The position numbers and the translations under genes were made by a program. A stretch of 62,587 nt of DNA, the filler included. It is 5 parts of 5 records of this genome, joined end to end, with 100 filler letters (N's around TTAATTAATTAA, not from the genome) between each part and the next. Parts side by side here need not be neighbours in the genome. Positions count along the whole stretch, not along the records: positions 39,744 to 58,079 come from SRR20825010_4958; positions 58,180 to 62,587 come from SRR20825010_4960; 3 more parts are not named here. The stretch is one strand, 5' to 3'. Position 1 is the first letter of the stretch. Every line of letters starts with the position of its first letter. Shown here piece after piece: positions 49,295 to 59,477 of this stretch. The notes beneath the pieces are model-generated. The model was given only the letters and a program-made list of their open reading frames with translations. It was not told the DNA's origin and made no database searches.

Positions 49295-50209
49295 TTATTC
49301 GTAAGGAATGAACTCCGCCTCATCCCCAACCACCTTATCAAACCGCCCTGCCCGCCAATCGTCCTTGGCTTGTTCGATTCGTTCTTTCCGGGACGATACA
49401 AAGTTCCATTCGATAAACCGGCGGCCTACCGGTTCACCGCCGATCACCGCGATGCGGGTGTCTTCCGTAGCGGTGACGGATACACCCGGTTCACGAGCAA
49501 ACACAGTCATACTGTGCGCTGGCAATTCGGAGCCGTGGGCCGTCAGGCCGCCCTGGGCCACGTAAACAGCACGTTCGGGGGCATCGGGCAGCTCGAGTGT
49601 CTGCCCGGCCTTGAGGGAGGCTTCCAGATATAGGGTGTCGCTGAATTGTCGCACCGGCGAAACCACACCATAGGCGCTACCGATCATAACCCGTACCGGG
49701 ACATCCTGGATGGTGATCGCTGGGATGTCGTCACTTGGATAATGATGGAAAGCTGGCTCTGTCTCCTCGTGGTCTTCCGGCAGCGCCAGCCAAAGCTGCA
49801 GGCCATGCAGCCGGTGATCCTCTACTGTGATGCTGGGGCGTTCACGTTCAGAATGGGTGATGCCACGACCGGCCACCATCAGGTTAATGTCGCCGGGGCG
49901 GATGGGCTGGAGGCTGCCGATGGAATCCCGATGGAGAATCTCGCCCTCGAACAGGTAGGTCACGGTTGCTATGCCAATGTGCGGATGCGGGCGCACATTG
50001 ATGCCCTGCCCCGCCGGAAAATCCGCCGGCCCCATTTCATCAAAAAAGATCCAGGGGCCAACCATTTTCTGTTTTGCAGTCGGTAGCAGGCGGCGCACGG
50101 AGAAACCACCCAGATCCGTGATGCGAGGGCTCAGTATGGTTTGAATTGCACTGCAGGGTGCCTCGATAGCGTCGCAACGTTGTTCGGCAGACTCCAATAC
50201 ATTACTCAC
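49295..50209 (-). CDS. Pirin family protein
   Basis: VRPHPHIG, HRDS, GITHSE, LQLW; GTG start at 50209 after AGGAG. Confidence 0.95.
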   Translation of the reverse strand: MSNVLESAEQRCDAIEAPCSAIQTILSPRITDLGGFSVRRLLPTAKQKMVGPWIFFDEMGPADFPAGQGINVRPHPHIGIATVTYLFEGEILHRDSIGSLQPIRPGDINLMVAGRGITHSERERPSITVEDHRLHGLQLWLALPEDHEETEPAFHHYPSDDIPAITIQDVPVRVMIGSAYGVVSPVRQFSDTLYLEASLKAGQTLELPDAPERAVYVAQGGLTAHGSELPAHSMTVFAREPGVSVTATEDTRIAVIGGEPVGRRFIEWNFVSSRKERIEQAKDDWRAGRFDKVVGDEAEFIPYE

Positions 50210-50343
50210 GGCACCGCTCCTATGCGTATGTTCAGGAAGTTCCACATTGCCCCGAATACCTGAGATGTTCAACTATCCAATACAGCTACGGACGTATTTG
50301 TTAGTCTCATCGTGTCTACCATTGTTAGAACAGGGAGCGTTTT

Positions 50344-51039
50344 ATGAAAACCATTGGCCTTCTTGGCGGCATGAGTTGGGAATCCACTCAAACCTATTAC
50401 CGGCTGATCAATGAGGGCGTGAAATCACGTCTGGGCGGATTGCATTCCGCAAAGCTGGTGCTCTACAGCGTGGACTTCGCGGAAATTGAAGCGCTTCAAC
50501 ACCAGGGAGACTGGCCGGCAACCGCCAGAATTCTTTCCGGCGCAGCGCTTTCCCTGGAGAACGCCGGAGCGGATTTTCTGATGATCGGCACCAACACCAT
50601 GCACAAAGTAGCGCCGGAGATTGAAGAGGCTATCAACATCCCCCTGCTTCACATTGCCGATGCCACAGCGAACGTGCTGACACAGGACAATATCCAGCGC
50701 GTGGGGCTCTTGGGCACACGGTTTACCATGGAGCAGGCCTTCTACCGCGAGCGCCTGGAAGCGGCTGGCATTGAGGTGGTCACACCCGATGCCCCCCAGC
50801 GGGCGGAGGTTCATCGGGTCATCTACGAAGAACTCTGCCAGGGCGAGATCCAGGCGGCTTCCCGGGAGGCGTATCTGGCCGTCATCAACTCACTGGCCGA
50901 GCAAGGTGTGCAAGCGGTCATCCTGGGATGCACGGAAATCGGCCTGCTGATCAAGCAGACCGATACCCCCGTCCCGCTGTATGACACAACGGCGATCCAT
51001 GCGGCGCAGGCCGTGAATCAGGCCCTCACGGGGGACTGA
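50344..51039 (+). CDS. Aspartate/glutamate racemase family protein (YgeA/RacX-like)
   Basis: GLLGGMSWEST, TNTMH, LGCTEI. Confidence 0.95.
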   Translation: MKTIGLLGGMSWESTQTYYRLINEGVKSRLGGLHSAKLVLYSVDFAEIEALQHQGDWPATARILSGAALSLENAGADFLMIGTNTMHKVAPEIEEAINIPLLHIADATANVLTQDNIQRVGLLGTRFTMEQAFYRERLEAAGIEVVTPDAPQRAEVHRVIYEELCQGEIQAASREAYLAVINSLAEQGVQAVILGCTEIGLLIKQTDTPVPLYDTTAIHAAQAVNQALTGD

Positions 51040-51056
51040 ATTCAGCAGGGGCCATG

Positions 51057-52202
51057 CTAGCGCTCGGTCAATGAGGCAGCACGCTCAATCATTGGGCGCC
51101 AGTCCGGTTGCACCGGCAGTTGGAATGTATCCGCCAGCACCCGTTCTATACCACCTGCCTCCAGGACCTCCCGGTGAGTACGGCCATCGGAGTAACGGAC
51201 CGTATAGCGGCCGTTCAGCAGTGTGTAGCGGGCCTCCGTGCTGGTGCGAGCCACCATCAGGTTTTTCCGGAAGTGTGAATCCGGGTGCTCAGCGGTGTAC
51301 CAGTTGGCAACCTCGTAGTCACCTTCCAGACGGGGTTCGCCAGACAACTCGTAGACGGGCTTCCATTGCTCGTCTATCCACATCTGTAGCAGCATTCCCG
51401 GCCCGAACGGGATCAGCCGGAAAGTCTCGTGGGAAGTGGCCTGGGGTTCTATCGTGTCCATGCGGAGCGGCGTCGTGAGTACGCAGCCTCCAAAACCCAC
51501 GTCCACCAGCCACGGCACGTTGTCCACAACAACCCTTAGCGCCATGTGAGAGTATGGCTGCGGGGCCGTGCCGGGTGCTGCATTCCAGCGTACGCGGGCA
51601 GAAAGGCCTTCCACGTGGAAACCGATGGCCTCAAGCACTCTCTTGAACAGGCCATTGTGCTCAAAGCAGTAACCACCGCGCCTGCCATGGACCAGCTTGT
51701 CTTCTACGGCATCCGGGGCGATATTCACGCCGCGCTCCAGCAGTACATCAATGGCCTCGAACGGGATGGCGTCCGGATGGCGCTCATGGAGTTCTTTGAG
51801 AGTCTCCAGGGTCGGTGCCATGGGCCCCTCACTACCGATGCGTGCCAGGTAAGGCTCCAGGTCCACATTCGGTGGGTACGAGCACTCCAGAGCCGTGGCA
51901 ATCTCATAGACCGCAAAGGGGGCGTAGGTATCCAGGAAGCGCACATCGGCGTTGCGCTCCCGGAACTGTGCTTTGAGGGACTGGCCGGCTTCACCAAGAA
52001 AACCTCGCCCAAGAGCAATGAGATCATAATCCCGGGCGTCGTAACGTTCCGTTGCCTTCTCAGGCTCAGCCGTGCCCTGGGCATCGATACCCAGGGCCGT
52101 GAGTTCACCCAGCACCGCTTCCAGGACCGCATCGGAACGCCCCAACACCAGAACACGTGCTCCGTTCAGGGAAATAGAGTCTTCCTTAACCGCTGTATTC
52201 AT
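51057..52202 (-). CDS. Arylamine N-acetyltransferase with an extra ~110-aa N-terminal domain
   Basis: IPFE; RRGGYCFEHN (Cys), HMAL (His) and VDVGFG (Asp) triad. Confidence 0.9.
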   Translation of the reverse strand: MNTAVKEDSISLNGARVLVLGRSDAVLEAVLGELTALGIDAQGTAEPEKATERYDARDYDLIALGRGFLGEAGQSLKAQFRERNADVRFLDTYAPFAVYEIATALECSYPPNVDLEPYLARIGSEGPMAPTLETLKELHERHPDAIPFEAIDVLLERGVNIAPDAVEDKLVHGRRGGYCFEHNGLFKRVLEAIGFHVEGLSARVRWNAAPGTAPQPYSHMALRVVVDNVPWLVDVGFGGCVLTTPLRMDTIEPQATSHETFRLIPFGPGMLLQMWIDEQWKPVYELSGEPRLEGDYEVANWYTAEHPDSHFRKNLMVARTSTEARYTLLNGRYTVRYSDGRTHREVLEAGGIERVLADTFQLPVQPDWRPMIERAASLTER

Positions 52203-52285
52203 GCCGTTACCTCCCCATAAGGATTGTTACGCCGGGCCTCACGGATGCTGCCATAGATAACGCCCACCTCAATGTCCTGGCTCAT
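52199..52285 (-). pseudogene. Internally deleted NADPH-dependent FMN reductase remnant (28 aa)
   Basis: MSQDIEVGVIYGSIREARRNNPYGEVTA*; GAGGAG RBS; N-terminus matches the VIxGSxRxxR FMN-binding start; stop overlaps the NAT start (ATGA). Confidence 0.65.
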
Positions 52286-52324
52286 GATATTGGTCTCCTC
52301 GCTGTATTGTGGATGTGGTTATGG

Positions 52325-52355
52325 ACGATAAGACCTAAACCTTAGTTTAGGTCAA
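52325..52355 (-). promoter_or_regulatory. MerR-family (SoxR-like) promoter/operator
   Basis: -35 TTGACC, 19-bp spacer, -10 TATCGT; dyad GACCTAAAC-TAAG-GTTTAGGTC across the spacer. Confidence 0.85.
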
Positions 52356-52512
52356 GCCCCCGATTCACCGATACCCGCGGCCGCATCGGTAATTACTGAA
52401 CCGTATAGGAAACTCGGGGCTTTCCGCTGGCAGAATTCCGGATAAGAGCGCATCGTTAGGAATCTCGATTACCGCGAGGCCTTTACTTCACCACTCTCTT
52501 ACTGAGTTACCT

Positions 52513-53805
52513 ATGACCACTGCTACCTGGTTTCTATTACTGGGCGCCCTTCTTCTGTTAGTGGGCTTTACGGCGTCCTATATCAAAAACGGGCCTGCCA
52601 CGTCAGCCATTGTGTACCTGCTGGTCGGTTTTGTTGTCGGCCCGATGGGCTTTGGACTGTTCCACTTCAACCCACTTGAAGAATCCGCACTGCTGGAACT
52701 ACTGACCGAAATAGCCGTGTTGATTTCGCTGTACTGCGCGGGCGTTAAAATGCCCGCCCCGGTGACCTTCAGGCGCTGGCGCAACCCCCTGAGACTGGCG
52801 GTTGTGTCAATGTCGCTGACCGTGGGTATTGTGGCGCTGTTTGGATACTTCTGGCTGGCCCTGCCCCTAGGCGCAGCCGTACTGCTTGGTGCCGTAGTGG
52901 CGCCCACCGATCCGGTGCTTGCCACCGAAGTACAGGTTCGGCATGCCGATGATCCTGACCGGCTGCGGTTTGCGCTAACCAGTGAAGCCGGAATGAACGA
53001 CGGCAGCGCCTTTCCTTTCGTGATGCTGGGGCTCGGACTGTTAGGTTTGCATGATCTGGGAGACGTCGGGTGGCGATGGTTCGCGGTTGATGTTGTCTGG
53101 GCCAGCGGCGCGGGAATCGTCATCGGCATTGTGGCCGGCTGCCTGGTCGGCTGGCTGGTTCAGAAACTGCGCACCACGTTCACCCACTCCGAGTTTCTGG
53201 AAAGTTTCCTTGGGCTGGGCCTGATTGCGTTTGCCTATGGCATCAGTCTGCTGGTCAATGCCTGGGGATTTCTGGCGGTATTCAGCGCGGCAGTGGCATT
53301 GCGGCATACCGAACTGAAGCTGGCCGGTCTTAAGCAGTCCTATTCAGATGCAACGTCCGGAGAAACCTATCCGGGCGAGGCGCCGCTGGCCATCGCCCAT
53401 GTGCATCAGAGCTCTCTGATATTCAACGAACATCTGGAGAGGCTGGCAGAAATCGTTCTGGTCCTGCTGATTGGCGGTTCCCTGTTCTGGGATTCATGGA
53501 GCTGGCGCGCGGTTGGTTTCGCCGCCTTTCTGTTCTTCGTCGCCCGCCCCATCAGTGTTCACCTTGGCCTGCTCGGCAGCAAGGCGCCGATCCGGTTGAG
53601 AAATCTCGCAGGTTGGTTCGGTGTGCGGGGCATTGGTTCTCTCTACTATCTGATGTACGCCATCCAACATGGGCTACCGGAAAACATTGCCCTGGAGTTG
53701 ATTCACCTGACCCTGGTGGTGGTCGCCCTGTCGATCCTGGTTCATGGCGTAAGCGTTAAACCGACCATCGCTCGATTCTGGCGGGCGCGAAAATCGGCGC
53801 ACTGA
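52513..53805 (+). CDS. Cation:proton antiporter (CPA1/NhaP family)
   Basis: APTDPVLA, SEAGMND, WFGVRGIGS. Confidence 0.93.
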   Translation: MTTATWFLLLGALLLLVGFTASYIKNGPATSAIVYLLVGFVVGPMGFGLFHFNPLEESALLELLTEIAVLISLYCAGVKMPAPVTFRRWRNPLRLAVVSMSLTVGIVALFGYFWLALPLGAAVLLGAVVAPTDPVLATEVQVRHADDPDRLRFALTSEAGMNDGSAFPFVMLGLGLLGLHDLGDVGWRWFAVDVVWASGAGIVIGIVAGCLVGWLVQKLRTTFTHSEFLESFLGLGLIAFAYGISLLVNAWGFLAVFSAAVALRHTELKLAGLKQSYSDATSGETYPGEAPLAIAHVHQSSLIFNEHLERLAEIVLVLLIGGSLFWDSWSWRAVGFAAFLFFVARPISVHLGLLGSKAPIRLRNLAGWFGVRGIGSLYYLMYAIQHGLPENIALELIHLTLVVVALSILVHGVSVKPTIARFWRARKSAH

Positions 53806-53835
53806 AGCGCCCGCCAGAGTGAACATTCTGCCCGA

Positions 53836-54714
53836 TCAACGAAGCAGTGGCAGCAACGTGTTTTGCCAGATCGACGTTTCATATTGCTCGCGGAACCACC
53901 CAAGATGGCCAATGCGACTTTCGCCAACCTCCTTCGGATTAACTCGGTGCATGGTGACAGCCGCGTGAGTGTAGAAACTGTGCAGTGAATCAACATTCCG
54001 CCGGGACATCATTTCGTCATCAGAGAAGGCGACGGCGGAAATGGGTACCTTTACCGCAGCGAACTGATCGCGCAGTGCCCGGCCTTCTTTCCCCACCGCG
54101 TATTCGGGGTCGAGGCACCATTGCCGCCACTGGCGTATCACATTGGGCGGTAAGTCACCCACGATGTTCAGGCGCTTTCCGGGAAAATAGCCAAACATCC
54201 GCACACTGACAGGTGCCATGAAATACCACAAAAACCAGGCAATGCGTTTGGTGGGCGGTGAGTTCTCACGCCAATAACCGCTGCCACAGGCGACGGTGAC
54301 GGCGTGATCCAGCTCGTTTACATTGGGTGTCATACCCAGCAACTGCCCACCAACGCTGTGACCAATCCATTGAAGGCGCTGCCCGGGATAGTGCTGCCGG
54401 GCGAAGTCTATAACCGCCTGGCAATCCTCGCTCCCCCACTCCGTCACCTTGACCGGGCAGTCCCGAAGATGGCTGTTCTGGGAGGCGCCCATACCGAAAT
54501 AATCGAAGGTTATCGCGGTAAAGCCCTGGCTGCTCAGATAGCGTGCGAATTTCTCGTAGCAATGCTGCCCCACACCCATAGCGCCAGCTACGATGACGAC
54601 CGAACTGGACTGAGCCGCAGGAAATACCCGAAGCTGGATTCGATGACCACCCGGCGTTGTGACGGGCACATCCTTTCTATTGGTTGGGGGTAATGAAGAC
54701 TCCCTGGCACTCAT
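53836..54714 (-). CDS. Predicted alpha/beta hydrolase
   Basis: FDYFGMG, IGHSVGG, DDE, IGHLGWF. Confidence 0.88.
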   Translation of the reverse strand: MSARESSLPPTNRKDVPVTTPGGHRIQLRVFPAAQSSSVVIVAGAMGVGQHCYEKFARYLSSQGFTAITFDYFGMGASQNSHLRDCPVKVTEWGSEDCQAVIDFARQHYPGQRLQWIGHSVGGQLLGMTPNVNELDHAVTVACGSGYWRENSPPTKRIAWFLWYFMAPVSVRMFGYFPGKRLNIVGDLPPNVIRQWRQWCLDPEYAVGKEGRALRDQFAAVKVPISAVAFSDDEMMSRRNVDSLHSFYTHAAVTMHRVNPKEVGESRIGHLGWFREQYETSIWQNTLLPLLR

Positions 54715-54754
54715 GATAGTTCTCCTGATACTTGCCGAATACCTTGCCCTGGTG

Positions 54755-55168
54755 TCAGAAATCGTTGGCGAGATGGTTGAGGAACTTGAGGATGACGGTC
54801 ACTTCTTCATCACTGAAACCGTCGGTCATGCGGTTGTTCAATTCCGTGATCAGCGGTTTGGCGCTCTCGATCTTCTCGCGCCCGACATCGGTGAGATACA
54901 AACGGGATGCGCGGCCATCCCTGTCGCAGGTGCGCTTCTCCAACAGGCCCTTGCTCTCCATCCGCCCAGCCAGCCCCGTCAACGCGGAACTGTTCAAATG
55001 AAGGCTGTGGGCGAGATCTTTCAACAGACATCCCTCGTCGCCGGCAACCAACAACAGCGCCCCCACCTGGGTTACCGAAATTCCCAGCGCTTCTTCGCTG
55101 CGCTGGTCAGCGTGTTTGTATACCCGATGGCGGGCCTTGTTAAGCAGATAGAAAAAACGTTTGTCCAT
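54755..55168 (-). CDS. MarR family transcriptional regulator
   Basis: Winged helix, DRDGRASRLYLT. Confidence 0.93.
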   Translation of the reverse strand: MDKRFFYLLNKARHRVYKHADQRSEEALGISVTQVGALLLVAGDEGCLLKDLAHSLHLNSSALTGLAGRMESKGLLEKRTCDRDGRASRLYLTDVGREKIESAKPLITELNNRMTDGFSDEEVTVILKFLNHLANDF

Positions 55169-55179
55169 AAGCCTGCCAT

Positions 55180-55221
55180 TTATTTCACATGTGAACCAAA
55201 TATACTACGCATGTGAAATAA
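55180..55221. promoter_or_regulatory. Probable MarR operator pair
   Basis: Perfect 12-bp inverted repeat TTATTTCACATG / CATGTGAAATAA just upstream of marR. Confidence 0.7.
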
Positions 55222-55304
55222 CTGGCAAGCCGCCCATGCGACGTTGGACATCCGGCGCGATCAATTCCTATACTCAGGGTCCATTCCGCTGGAAGACTTT
55301 CTTT

Positions 55305-56270
55305 ATGCGCGTTTTCGCCAACCCCGTCGGTTCCGGCGCTCTCTGGTTTGACAACCTTGCCACGGCTGATGGTACCCCGGTGGCCTACGACCCCCAGGCG
55401 CGAGCTTTTTTGCCGATGCCGCCGTTCTGCGCTAACAGGGACGTGATTGGCTGCAACTGGATCGCACCAGAGCAAGGTGCCTTCTGCCGCGCCTGTGCCA
55501 TGACGGCGCTGGCACCAGACCCGTCCATCGCCAACGCCATCCCCAACTGGGCGCAAACCGAGGCCGCCAAACGCTGGGTGATCGACAATCTTGGGCGCTG
55601 GCATTGGTTTCGCCCGGAAGACCCCGGCGCAAGGCCGGTGTTCCATATGCTCGCCGAGGGCCCTACTCCGGTGCCAATGGGCCACGCCCAGGGCGTCGTC
55701 ACCATCAGTGTCGCAGAGGCAGACCCGGTGCTGCGCACCACCCGCAGGGAGGCGCTGGAAGAGCCCTACAGAACGATGATTGGCCACATGCGCCACGAGA
55801 TTGCCCACATGCTCTGGTGGCGCCTGAGCCTGCGTGAGGACTTCCTGGATGCCTTCCGCGCAATGTTTGGTGACGAGCGCATCAGCTACCCGGGTGCACT
55901 TCAGCACCACTATGAGAACGGCCCGCCGCAAGACTGGAAAAAGTTCTACCTCACCAGCTATGCCTCAGCCCATCCCCATGAAGACTGGGCGGAAACCGCG
56001 GCGCATCTGTTACACCTGACGGACCTGACCGACAGCTTTGTGGCCTCTGGTTTAACCTCTCCGGAAGTGCCAGGTCCGAACTGGGATCCCTATTCAGAAC
56101 CAGACGCCCAGCGTTTGATCCATATCGCCGCGTCCATCGCCATGGGCGTGAACCATGTAAACCGATCAATGGGTCTGTCTGACCTGTACCCCTTTGTTCT
56201 GTCGGATTTCGCGCGCCACAAGCTGGCGTTTGTGCATGACTGGCTTCGCAGGGGGGCCCAGGGGCTCTGA
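55305..56270 (+). CDS. Putative zinc-binding metallopeptidase
   Basis: CNW/CRAC zinc-ribbon part, EPYRT..GH.RHEIAH (HExxH), YASAHPHEDWAET, DLYPFVL; ATG at 55305. Confidence 0.88.
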   Translation: MRVFANPVGSGALWFDNLATADGTPVAYDPQARAFLPMPPFCANRDVIGCNWIAPEQGAFCRACAMTALAPDPSIANAIPNWAQTEAAKRWVIDNLGRWHWFRPEDPGARPVFHMLAEGPTPVPMGHAQGVVTISVAEADPVLRTTRREALEEPYRTMIGHMRHEIAHMLWWRLSLREDFLDAFRAMFGDERISYPGALQHHYENGPPQDWKKFYLTSYASAHPHEDWAETAAHLLHLTDLTDSFVASGLTSPEVPGPNWDPYSEPDAQRLIHIAASIAMGVNHVNRSMGLSDLYPFVLSDFARHKLAFVHDWLRRGAQGL

Positions 56271-56286
56271 ATAGCAGAACTTGCAT

Positions 56287-56326
56287 AAAAAAACGGCGTT
56301 TCAACTTTCATTGAAACGCCGTTTTA
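56287..56326. terminator. Bidirectional terminator
   Basis: AAAACGGCGTTTCAA-loop-TTGAAACGCCGTTTT between convergent genes. Confidence 0.88.
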
Positions 56327-56362
56327 CTATCGAAATGCCCGCACTTTGGTGCGGGCATTCAA

Positions 56363-58078
<1,716 letters not shown>

Positions 58079-58079
58079 C

Positions 58080-58179
58080 NNNNNNNNNNNNNNNNNNNNN
58101 NNNNNNNNNNNNNNNNNNNNNNNTTAATTAATTAANNNNNNNNNNNNNNNNNNNNNNNNNNNNNNNNNNNNNNNNNNNN
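58080..58179. other. Assembly spacer
   Basis: N run with TTAATTAATTAA. Confidence 0.98.
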
Positions 58180-58204
58180 TGCCCACGAAGCGTGGGCATG
58201 CCAC
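58180..58204. repeat. REP-like hairpin at contig edge
   Basis: TGCCCACG-AAG-CGTGGGCA with a GTGG tag on the minus strand. Confidence 0.5.
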
Positions 58205-58236
58205 ACGGGCCCCGGCACCGTCCGTCCCCACCGGGC

Positions 58237-58764
58237 TCACTCCCGCGGCAGTGTGTTGATGTAGTCCCGCCAGGGCCCAACCAGCTCCCGCGACTGATGC
58301 GCCAACGCCCGGCACACCTGCCGGATGTGGTGCACATCGTGCGTCGCCCACGCCGCGAGGAGCTGCGCGAGCGTGACCTCGCCCAGCCCGGGGTGCATAC
58401 CCCGAAGCGTCCAATGCGCCTCGGTCAGCTGCATTGCCGCGAGGATGTCCAGATTCCCCGCCCGCGCACCCGCAAACTCCTCGAGCAGGTCGTCGAGGGA
58501 ACGGCCCGAGGCGGGTGAGAGGGTCGCATCGTGCGGGAAGGGGTCGAACGGCCGTGCCGTCCCCTGGTCCAGGATGATCCGCAGCCGCGGGATCCAGTCG
58601 TCGTACTCACCGATCAGGAGGTGCCCGACCACCTCGTAGGCCGACCACGTGCCTTCGCCGTAGTTGTGGTGTGTGAGTTGGTCATCGAGCTCGGCGAGCA
58701 GTGCCGTAAGGACCGCGGGCGTGCGCTCCAGCATCGAGACAGTCCGCGACAGCGAGAATTCCAT
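58237..58764 (-). CDS. DinB/YfiT family protein
   Basis: LERTP, WSAYEVVGHL, HDVHH metal-binding His triad; ATG at 58764. Confidence 0.9.
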   Translation of the reverse strand: MEFSLSRTVSMLERTPAVLTALLAELDDQLTHHNYGEGTWSAYEVVGHLLIGEYDDWIPRLRIILDQGTARPFDPFPHDATLSPASGRSLDDLLEEFAGARAGNLDILAAMQLTEAHWTLRGMHPGLGEVTLAQLLAAWATHDVHHIRQVCRALAHQSRELVGPWRDYINTLPRE

Positions 58765-58804
58765 GTCGCGACATACCGCGGCGGGGGGAGCGTGCCCCAT
58801 CGCC

Positions 58805-59404
58805 TCACCCGCCGAGAAAGTCACGCACGTTCGCGACTTTGTCGAATCCCTCACCACACTCCGGGCAGGTACCGACACGAGGCATGCCGTCGAGGCTGTA
58901 CCGGCATGTCGGGCACAGCAGCATCATCCGTTCAATCATCGCCGACTCCACCGAGGACTCCTCCCGTGGGTAGCAGCCGTCCAACGCCTCCGGCCCGTGC
59001 CGCTGCACGATCAGGTCCACCACATCGACCGCCGATCGGCACGCCGGGCACGACCCGAGCCCGGCGTCGAGCGGCAGCCTGACGCCGCACGCCGGGCAGA
59101 GCGGCGCCTTGTCCGGCCCGAGTTGCGTGAGATCGGGCTGCCAGCCGCCGTCCTCGTGGTCCGCGTCCTGGTCCGTGCTCCCGCCGCTCTTGGCGGCATG
59201 GCCGGGGGAGTCGTCCGTCTGCGCGAGGACCGCCCTCGCCTCGTCGTACTGCACGCCGTAGCAGAGCATCACGTCGTAGGACCGGGCGGCGCCGAACCAC
59301 ACGTTCGATCGATCGACGACCGCCGCGAGGATGCCGCGCTCGAGCAACCGGTCGCGGACCTCCTGCGCGCGCAACGGGTCGTGATGAGTGAAGACGACAT
59401 TCAT
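58805..59404 (-). CDS. Hypothetical protein with two zinc ribbons
   Basis: CPAC..CPAC and CPTCRYSLDG..CPECG; start uncertain. Confidence 0.7.
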   Translation of the reverse strand: MNVVFTHHDPLRAQEVRDRLLERGILAAVVDRSNVWFGAARSYDVMLCYGVQYDEARAVLAQTDDSPGHAAKSGGSTDQDADHEDGGWQPDLTQLGPDKAPLCPACGVRLPLDAGLGSCPACRSAVDVVDLIVQRHGPEALDGCYPREESSVESAMIERMMLLCPTCRYSLDGMPRVGTCPECGEGFDKVANVRDFLGG

Positions 59405-59477
59405 CGCAACGCGGCTGGCCGCCCCCCCTTCGCCGTAGTGTTCATCCCCCGCGCCGGTGTGCACGCTTCAACCGGTA

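Noticed and set aside
50344-51039. Racemase with only one Cys motif as a possible pseudoenzyme
   Set aside because: YgeA/RacX-type enzymes use a Thr/Cys pair, and both TNT and GCTE are present
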